Positions 49,862 through 56,842 of a stretch of DNA of 64,000 nucleotides are shown piece after piece (position 1 is the first letter of the stretch; each line of letters starts with the position of its first letter). The translations under genes were made by a program, and so were the position numbers. Under the pieces are notes generated by a model. The model searched no databases. It was not told where the DNA came from and saw only the letters and a list, made by a program, of their open reading frames with translations. The DNA comes from a virus (taxonomy: Duplodnaviria; Caudoviricetes): positions 32,001-96,000 of IMG/VR virus record IMGVR_UViG_3300029288_000060. One strand, 5' to 3'.

Positions 49862-49917
49862 CAAAAAAATATATTCAGGAGTGGGCAAGTAATAGTAAAA
49901 ATCCCTATTACTTGCCC
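49862..49917 (-). terminator. terminator closing the ncRNA
   Basis: 13-bp stem GGGCAAGTAATAG/CTATTACTTGCCC (49883-49917); T-run further downstream on - strand. Confidence 0.7.
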
Positions 49918-49931
49918 TATGGAGGAGGATA

Positions 49932-50232
49932 AATGGTGAAGCAGAACACATTTTTAAAGTTCCAAGTGGCAGCTGGAAGTTGTTAAGATGCTGAGAGAAG
50001 CACAACTTTACCCAGATTTTTCCAATGTCTTCAATCTTTTTATCTTAAATCTTAAATACCCAATATTTTATCTGCGTGGGTATGCAGTCAATCTTTAGTC
50101 TTTAGACTTTAGTCTTCAAATAGGTAGTTGGACAATATCCAACAATCGTTTTATTATCCCAATAGCATAAGTTCATTCATTAACCCAAGAATGTGAGGCT
50201 CTCATTTCTTATTTTTACACCACTGAAACCTT
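49932..50232 (-). ncRNA. structured ~300-nt ncRNA with heptamer repeats
   Basis: No ORF; promoter motif directly upstream; 5'/3' closing helix AGTGGTG/CACCATT; several internal hairpins; 2x4 AAGAYT-like repeats. Confidence 0.75.
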
Positions 50233-50235
50233 GAT

Positions 50236-50251
50236 TTTATATTTTGTTCTA
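50236..50251 (-). promoter_or_regulatory. late-type promoter TAGAACAAAATATAAA on - strand
   Basis: Only - strand copy noticed; points into the ORF-less region. Confidence 0.65.
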
Positions 50252-50275
50252 AAAAAGTAATTAAAAAACTTTTAT

Positions 50276-50806
50276 TTAAGATACTACATCTGTTGTTGCA
50301 TTTAACATTTCAAGATGAGCATCGATAAAGTCAAGTTTATTTTGTAGATCTTTTAAATAATTATTTTTAAATTCTTCATCATAGAGCTGAATCGATATGG
50401 ATTTGCTACCATCCACATTATATTGCATACCTCTCATTAATTTTGAATCAGCTAATGTTTTATTTAAGGCATTAAAAACTGCCTGATATTCTTTATAATT
50501 TAGTTTAAACATAAGAGCTTCCGCAATTGATATTTCTTCTTCTGGAATGATAATACCTTTTGGAATTCTAATTTTTGTTTTGATATTGGTTTGGTCAATT
50601 ATAATTTTTAGCTCTGCTCTTCTTGAAAGAAGGTCCAAGGCTGATTGAATCAAACTCATAACGTAGTTTTTCTGAGTTTTCTCAGAATCAAATGCAGGTT
50701 TTTCTGTTGATGTTATTGATGAGTATTTTTGAATATCTTCAATAACATGAAGGACTTTCTTTTTATTTAACTTCTTTTCTTTTAAAACTTCAATCATTTT
50801 AGGCAT
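50276..50806 (-). CDS. DIP1984/DUF6847-like helical protein
   Basis: K(M/L)xExL start, I..TN..T, SIAEAL, ID..L...N.TT end pattern recalled for this family. Confidence 0.6.
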   Translation of the reverse strand: MPKMIEVLKEKKLNKKKVLHVIEDIQKYSSITSTEKPAFDSEKTQKNYVMSLIQSALDLLSRRAELKIIIDQTNIKTKIRIPKGIIIPEEEISIAEALMFKLNYKEYQAVFNALNKTLADSKLMRGMQYNVDGSKSISIQLYDEEFKNNYLKDLQNKLDFIDAHLEMLNATTDVVS

Positions 50807-50877
50807 AGATTAATCTCCTTTTATATATTTTATAGGATTATTTTAATAATCCTTTCTGCCCAATACAAAATAAATAA

Positions 50878-50915
50878 ATAAAAAAGACTTAGTCGTGTCT
50901 AACACACGACTGGTC
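50878..50915 (-). terminator. terminator/attenuator-like hairpin in leader of 50806 gene
   Basis: GACCAGTCGTGT-GTTAG-ACACGACTAAGTC followed by T-run on - strand, ~45 nt after early promoter. Confidence 0.55.
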
Positions 50916-50960
50916 AAAAAGCAATCTATAGTTAGATTATAATTTGTTTTTCTTAGTAAT

Positions 50961-50972
50961 TAATATATATAG
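50961..50972 (-). promoter_or_regulatory. putative early promoter CTATATATATTA
   Basis: Motif copy. Confidence 0.65.
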
Positions 50973-51004
50973 AGGTTATTTTTAAACATGATTTTTAAAT
51001 TTTA

Positions 51005-51020
51005 TAGAACAAATATATGA
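51005..51020 (+). promoter_or_regulatory. putative late promoter TAGAACAAATATATGA
   Basis: Motif copy, divergent from early promoter. Confidence 0.55.
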
Positions 51021-51034
51021 ATCAACAAAATCCA

Positions 51035-51073
51035 ACCGAGTTAAAAATAAAAAGTGAGCCTACTCGGTGCTCA
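51035..51073 (+). promoter_or_regulatory. H-type pseudoknot leader adjacent to RBS
   Basis: ACCGAGT/ACTCGGT stem plus loop TGAGC pairing with GCTCA. Confidence 0.6.
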
Positions 51074-51090
51074 GTAAAAGGAGAAATATC

Positions 51091-51864
51091 ATGACATACA
51101 ACACAGGATTTGTCGCAGTAGTAAAATGGAATGGAAAGATTTTACGGGAGGATAAGGATTTAGTATTTTTACCTTTTGGATCAGAATATTCTATTCTTTT
51201 AAAAAATCTGAATTCAAGAAAATGTTTAGTTAAAATTTCAATTGATGGACAAGATGTATTAGATAACAATTCCTTGGTATTAGAACCTAATACTGAAATA
51301 GAACTGGAAGGTTTTATGAAAGGAATGAAAGCAAAAAATAAATTTAAATTTATTAAGAAAACTAAAGAAATTTCAGATTATAGTGGTGATAGAATTGACG
51401 ACGGAATTATTAGAATAGAATATTGGTTTGAGAAAATAGTTAAAAGACTACAAATTATAAATGAATACATTTATACTCCCTACTATACTTATGATCTTAT
51501 TTCAAATTCTACTCAATGGCACCAATTACAGTATGGAACACCACTAAAACAAAATACTTTAACAGGTGATAAAGTTTCAAGTAACCTTTCTTCTAGTATT
51601 AATTTAAATTCAGTAAATTTTGTTCAAGATGAAGGAATTACAGTTAAAGGAAGAGAGATTAACCAAAACTTTTCTTATGGGCATTTTGGCCAACCAGAAG
51701 ATTATTCGAATGTTATCATTTTAAGATTAATTGGATCTAAAAAAACTGGAGAAATTATTAAAACTCCTATAACAACAAAAACAAAAAAAATATGTTCAAC
51801 ATGTGGTAAAAAATCAAAATCTAATTTAAAATATTGTAGTAATTGTGGAACATTTTTAGACTAA
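51091..51864 (+). CDS. hypothetical phage protein with C-terminal zinc ribbon
   Basis: Start ATG 51091 after AAGGAG; NGKILRE..LPFGSEYSILLKN; CSTCG...CSNCG. Confidence 0.7.
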   Translation: MTYNTGFVAVVKWNGKILREDKDLVFLPFGSEYSILLKNLNSRKCLVKISIDGQDVLDNNSLVLEPNTEIELEGFMKGMKAKNKFKFIKKTKEISDYSGDRIDDGIIRIEYWFEKIVKRLQIINEYIYTPYYTYDLISNSTQWHQLQYGTPLKQNTLTGDKVSSNLSSSINLNSVNFVQDEGITVKGREINQNFSYGHFGQPEDYSNVIILRLIGSKKTGEIIKTPITTKTKKICSTCGKKSKSNLKYCSNCGTFLD

Positions 51865-51865
51865 A

Positions 51866-51908
51866 AAAATAAGAGAGTGAGATGATACTAATCTCACTCT
51901 CTTATTTT
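51866..51908. terminator. bidirectional terminator
   Basis: 18-bp inverted repeat AAAATAAGAGAGTGAGAT/ATCTCACTCTCTTATTTT. Confidence 0.85.
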
Positions 51909-51910
51909 GT

Positions 51911-52693
51911 TTACATCTTGAGAAACTCTACCTCGGCCGGCGAAAGATTCTTTTGGGAAATGATGAGCTGCTGCACCAGTTTGATCAAGTTGGTCACGTC
52001 AACACTGTTGTCTACCGGCTTAGTTTTCTCCGCCAATAAATTGAAGAGAAAATCAATCGAGGCCGTGATTGATTCAAGTTCTTTCTTGATGTCGATGTCA
52101 GACGGAATTGTAGTTTTGGATCTCGAAGAAACATGTCGTGGTTTACCATCGCGATTTTCCTGATTTTGCTTTAGGAACAAAGCAAAAGCGGTATCTAAAT
52201 CATCATTTGCTTCTGTAGAAGCAAACTTGAATTTAATACCACTTTTAACTTCAGGATTAGGAATTTTTTCAATCACGTTTGGCACCACAGAGGCCATCCT
52301 GGTTGTTGTTGTTCGTATAGAAGCGTCTTTGATCGTCGTTTTTACTTTTTTGAAGTCTTCGACAATCTCATTGTGAGTAGCTTCGCCGCGTCTCTTGATT
52401 ATTGACAAAATGATATACTCGCTTGTCTTTTTTGCTTCGGTAATTTTCATTCTTTCCTCCAACTCCATTATTTTTTTTACTGGATATATTATATCGTTTT
52501 CCTTTTTGAAGAAGGGATTTCCTTTTATAGGATATTTGTATATACTCTTCTTCTTTGAAGTAACATAACCAGAAAAATCTGTAACTACGTTCTTATCCAA
52601 GTAATTACCAAACTCATCCTTCTTTTGGGTGGTATCTTTTTGTTCTTCTTTTACTAAACCATTTCGTACTAACTCCTCCTTTAAAGTTGCCAC
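51911..52693 (-). CDS. early protein, possible winged-helix DNA-binding domain
   Basis: GTG start after AGGAGGGG; ILSIIKRRGEATHNEIVE...SIRTTTTRM pattern. Confidence 0.5.
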   Translation of the reverse strand: MATLKEELVRNGLVKEEQKDTTQKKDEFGNYLDKNVVTDFSGYVTSKKKSIYKYPIKGNPFFKKENDIIYPVKKIMELEERMKITEAKKTSEYIILSIIKRRGEATHNEIVEDFKKVKTTIKDASIRTTTTRMASVVPNVIEKIPNPEVKSGIKFKFASTEANDDLDTAFALFLKQNQENRDGKPRHVSSRSKTTIPSDIDIKKELESITASIDFLFNLLAEKTKPVDNSVDVTNLIKLVQQLIISQKNLSPAEVEFLKM

Positions 52694-52738
52694 ATCCCCC
52701 TCCTTAAAAAAAGTTAATTTCCTTATTATTTCAAAAAT

Positions 52739-52750
52739 TAATATATGTAG
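52739..52750 (-). promoter_or_regulatory. putative early promoter CTACATATATTA
   Basis: Motif copy. Confidence 0.65.
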
Positions 52751-52792
52751 CAATACATTATTAATAGAATTTTTCTAATCTTATGAAATGTC

Positions 52793-52808
52793 TAGAACAA
52801 AAATAAAA
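52793..52808 (+). promoter_or_regulatory. putative late promoter TAGAACAAAAATAAAA
   Basis: Motif copy upstream of 52832. Confidence 0.6.
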
Positions 52809-52831
52809 TATAATAGAGGATTGATTATCAT

Positions 52832-53512
52832 ATGGATCAAAAACAAAAAGACTGTATTATTAAAATTACAGATAAATATGGTGATTGTTTATCTGATAAA
52901 ATGGTTGGAAATTCTTGTAATAAGAGAGATAACCGTCCTCAAGGTTTTGTAGAAATATATGATATATCAATTGATAATAAGAAAGAGTTATTAGGGAAAC
53001 AAAATCTTGTAGTTTATAATGGAAGAGAATGGTTAATATCTAGAGCTTTTAAAGTTAAAAATACTATGATTACCGCTGGTGAAAATGATTTTATTACCTG
53101 GTTTGGAGTTGGTGATGGAGGTTGTCCAATCGGTGATCCTCTAAATCCTACTTCACCTGATAGTACTGATAGTGATTTAAGTAATTCAGTAATGATTAAC
53201 GCTACTGACGCAACATGTGCTGATTATAGGTTGGTTCCGGATGTTGGTTATTATAAACATCCATTTGATAGCGACTTAGAATTTGAACAGGATGGAGACA
53301 ATTATAATTATTGGTTGATTGGAAAAGTTGAAACCACAATATCTTCAGCTGACGCAAATGGTTTTAATTTAAATGAAGCAGGTTTATTTGCTGCAGTAAG
53401 TGATGCAGGTGGATATGGAGGTCCATTTACTTTATATGCTCGTGTTACTTTTCCAACAATTGTGAAAACTGCAGCAAGACAGTTATTATTTGTATGGTAT
53501 GTGTATTTTTAA
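52832..53512 (+). CDS. baseplate/tail-collar type structural protein
   Basis: NLVVYNGRE, GVGDG, ANG..LNEAGLF, ARVTFP.IVKT...W motifs. Confidence 0.7.
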   Translation: MDQKQKDCIIKITDKYGDCLSDKMVGNSCNKRDNRPQGFVEIYDISIDNKKELLGKQNLVVYNGREWLISRAFKVKNTMITAGENDFITWFGVGDGGCPIGDPLNPTSPDSTDSDLSNSVMINATDATCADYRLVPDVGYYKHPFDSDLEFEQDGDNYNYWLIGKVETTISSADANGFNLNEAGLFAAVSDAGGYGGPFTLYARVTFPTIVKTAARQLLFVWYVYF

Positions 53513-53527
53513 TTAAATTTTAAATTT

Positions 53528-53608
53528 TTGGGGACAGGACTGATCATCTTGAGGAAGAACCTATACTTCTTCCTCTAACCCAATTAGAAAATTCTGTATA
53601 GGAGAATT
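53528..53608 (+). promoter_or_regulatory. structured leader (three-way junction, loop complementary to RBS) of HNH gene
   Basis: Two hairpins inside TTGGG/CCCAA helix; loop CCTATAC complementary to GTATAGG at RBS. Confidence 0.6.
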
Positions 53609-53614
53609 ATAAAA

Positions 53615-54472
53615 ATGAGTCTAGTTAAATGTATGATATGTGAAAAAGAATATAAAAGTTTAAAAGGAATTTCAACACACATTATTGTTCATAAGATCAC
53701 AGCTTATGAATATTATGAAAAATTCTTAAAAAAAGAAAATGAAGGTGTGTGTTTAAATCATGGTAAAGTTAAAGATTGTAAAAAAGATACTACATGGATA
53801 AATATGGTTGTTGGTTATCATAAATATTGTAGCGTAAAATGTATGACTAAATCTGACAACTTTAGAAAAATGTCTTCAGAATCAAAAAAAGGTGATAAAC
53901 ACTGGTTAAAGAAAGAAGGTAATATACATCCAAATAAAAATAAAACTTATGAAGAAATTTATGGATTAGAAAAAGCAAAACAATTAAAAGAAAATTTATC
54001 ATGGTTAGGTAAACAATTAACTGGTTTAAAAAATCCATTCTATAATCATAATCATACAAACAAAACTCGTGAAATTCTTAGAAATAACAAACTTGGAAAA
54101 ACAAACATTGAATTATATGGGTGCGATAAAGCAAAAGAAATTAAATTAAAACAATCAAAACCACAGAAAAAACCTTGGTTATCAGAAAACAATCAACTTT
54201 ATACTTCGAAATTTTACAATAAAAAATTTAGAAAACAAATTCTCATAGATCAAAATATGTTATGTGGTTATTGTAGTTGCAAACTGTTTAAGAATTATAG
54301 ACATTTGCATCATATAAATTTCATAAAATGTGATGATAGAAGAGAAAATTTAATTTATTTATGTCCATCATGTCATGGTAAAACAAAAAATAGAGTAATA
54401 TATAAAGAAACCATGAAATTTTTAAATGATAGAAATCAAATGATTTTAGAATCTGTAAACAAGAAAGGTTAA
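53615..54472 (+). mobile_element. free-standing HNH homing endonuclease (Zn finger, NUMOD3-like repeats)
   Basis: EYYEKFLKKENEGVC module; KTYEEIYG, NPFYNHNHT; CGYC...HHIN...D...NLIYLCPSCHGK. Confidence 0.85.
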
Positions 54473-54518
54473 ATCTGAATAGAAAAATAAATAAAACTTA
54501 GAAAAAGGAAAAAATAAA

Positions 54519-56772
54519 ATGTCAAACGTATCACCAGGGGTAGATCTTTAAAAGAATATGCCCTCTTAATAGGAATAGAAAACTATTAAGTAATAAACTG
54601 GGTGAATTGCTGGAACGCTAAATCAATATTTTTTGATATGCCAATCAGCAGCTAAGCTCATCGAATAAGGATTTTTGTAGATGAGAAAGTTCAGAGACTA
54701 GACAGTGAGGATCCTTAAACCAATAATCTGTCAAACAGCGCCCAGTACTCAAACTCTAATAGAGATGAGTAAAGATATAGTCCAAGCTTATAGGAAACTA
54801 TAAGGGATAGAACTAGTATTCAAAAATAATAGATCTCAGTAGCTATGTTCAATCAGTTCCTAGTACAATTGGTTGTATAATGGCATTAACTAGGAAAGGT
54901 AGAGATAATCAGTTTACGTTTGTAGGGTCAAGAGCAGAATTAATTTCTGGTTGGGGCGAACCTAATATTAATGACTATGGTAAAAACTATGGTCAAGGTT
55001 TGTACGAAGCATACAACTTTTTAGGAGAATCTGGAGCTCTTTATTTTCAGAGGTGTTTACCAGACGATGCATCATTTTCAAATATTAAAATTAACGCAGA
55101 TTTAGCGGTTTCTGACGCAACTGCAATTATTTCAGTAACATATGTTGATAGTTTAAATACAATTGATGAAATTCAAACTGCCCTTGTTTCTGCAGGAACT
55201 ACTTATCCAATTTGTATTTTATATCCTATCGGAAGAGGTGAATATTATAATCAGATTGGCGTAAGATTCACTGAATATTCTAACCCTATGATAAGTGGTG
55301 TTTATGTTATGGATATTTATGAAAAACAATCTGATGGAGATGATGTAATCATTGAATCATTTGAAGTTTCATTTGATCCAAAATCTACTGATTCATCTGG
55401 AGATTCAATTTTTATTGGCTACATTTTGGAAATGTATTCTTCAGTTTTAAGATGTGAAATGACATTAGCGTCTGGTGCTTATACATCTGGTTATGAATTG
55501 GTTGCAAAAATTTACGATAAGGATATAGGAAGTGTATCAGTTACTGAAACTACAGCAACCGCAGAGATTAGTGATAATAAACAAGTATTTACAGATTGGG
55601 AAACTACTCCAGAAACTGGTAATGCTACGTATATGGTTGTTGCAAAAGACGGAAAAGGAAATATTTTATATGGTTGGTTAGGAGCAGCAACAGGAACTGA
55701 TTTTGACCATGTTAATGTTTTTGATGGAAGAAATTTGACCACAGCTTCAAGAGGATGGGTAGGAGATACAAGTGCTTTTGATACATCTAGCACAATTACT
55801 TATGAAGTTAAAAAATCTAATTCTTCAATTGCAGATCCTTTTATATCTTCAACTCCAGTTCCTTTAAAGAAAGGGTCAGATGGAACTCTTTTAGATGCAT
55901 CTGGAGACTTAGATACCACAGTTGCCACACAGGTTTTGGCAGAAGGTTATGCAGGAACTTTAACTAATCCTATAACTGGAATTACAGAGGATGCAATTAC
56001 AGATACAGAAAATGTTTATTTTACAATGACTTTTGATGGAGGTTACCCTTCCAGCGTAAAACAACAAATTTCTACGTTAGTTCAAACAAGAAGGGATGGA
56101 GTAGCAATTCTTGATAATGGAGATAACTCTTCATACAATATTGCAATTGCTTCTAGAACAAATACAAATACTTATAATAACTATTACACTGCTCTTTATG
56201 AAGAATATAATAAAGTTTATGATATTTTTACAGGTCAAGATATTTGGGTAAGTCCTGTTTATCATATGGCGTATATTCTTCCAAGAAATGACACTGTTGC
56301 AGAACTTTGGTATGCTGCAGCTGGTTTTAATAGAGCAGCAATTGACACAATTAAAGAACTTAGATTTAATCCAAAATTGGGTCAGAGAGATGGAATGTAT
56401 TTAAAACAATTAAACCCAATAGTGAAATTTAGTAATGGTTATACTGTTTGGGGTCAATTAACAAGTCAGGCAAAACCATCTGCTTTACAGGATTTAAATA
56501 TTGTTAGATTAGTTTTATATTGCAAAAAGAGCATTGAAAATTTTGCAAGATATTTTGTATTTGAAATGAATGACCAAATTACATGGAATAAATTCAATAA
56601 TGAAGTAGTGGGTTTCTTAGAAGAAATTAAGAGAAAAAGAGGTCTTTACTCATTTAATGTTAATACCTATGCCACAGACTATATGAAAAAGACGAAGACA
56701 TTCACTTGCGATATTGAGCTATACCCGGTCCGGACAGTAGAAAAAATTGAATTAAATTTCTTTATTAAGTAA
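54519..56772 (+). CDS. tail sheath protein, split by group I intron (exons 54519-54541 and 54816-56772; 659 aa)
   Basis: Spliced N-terminus MSNVSPGVYSKIIDLS matches sheath SPGVY..IDLS motif; C-terminal WYAAAGFNRA, LNPIV, VWGQLT, LNIVRL, FVFEMND. Confidence 0.9.
54542..54815 (+). mobile_element. group I intron (IA-like, ORF-less, 274 nt)
   Basis: P GAATTGCTGGAA 54604, Q AATCAGCAGC 54643, R GTTCAGAGACTA 54689, S AAGATATAGTCC 54772; P1 U.G, P2, P3 ACTGGGTG/CGCCCAGT, P7.1, P8, P9 with GAAA loop. Confidence 0.93.
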
Positions 56773-56790
56773 TATAATTACTAGCAACTT

Positions 56791-56837
56791 AACTCCCTCT
56801 ATAGAACAAATAATAAATTTTATAGAGGGAGTTTTTT
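56791..56837 (+). terminator. terminator hairpin with embedded late promoter motif
   Basis: AACTCCCTCTATA/TATAGAGGGAGTT plus T-run; TAGAACAAATAATAAA at 56802-56817. Confidence 0.75.
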
Positions 56838-56842
56838 CCGTT

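Noticed and set aside
50026-50119. Repeats as CRISPR array or DGR template
   Set aside because: 7-nt units without spacers; no cas or reverse transcriptase gene; no second copy differing at adenines was seen.
53540-53546. Hammerhead ribozyme core
   Set aside because: Sequence is CTGATCA, not CTGANGA, sits in a hairpin loop, and no correctly placed GAAA strand.
54880-56772. ORF-track start of the sheath at 54880
   Set aside because: Lacks the SPGVY N-terminal motif and a clear RBS; upstream exon at 54519 with AAGGA RBS restores it.
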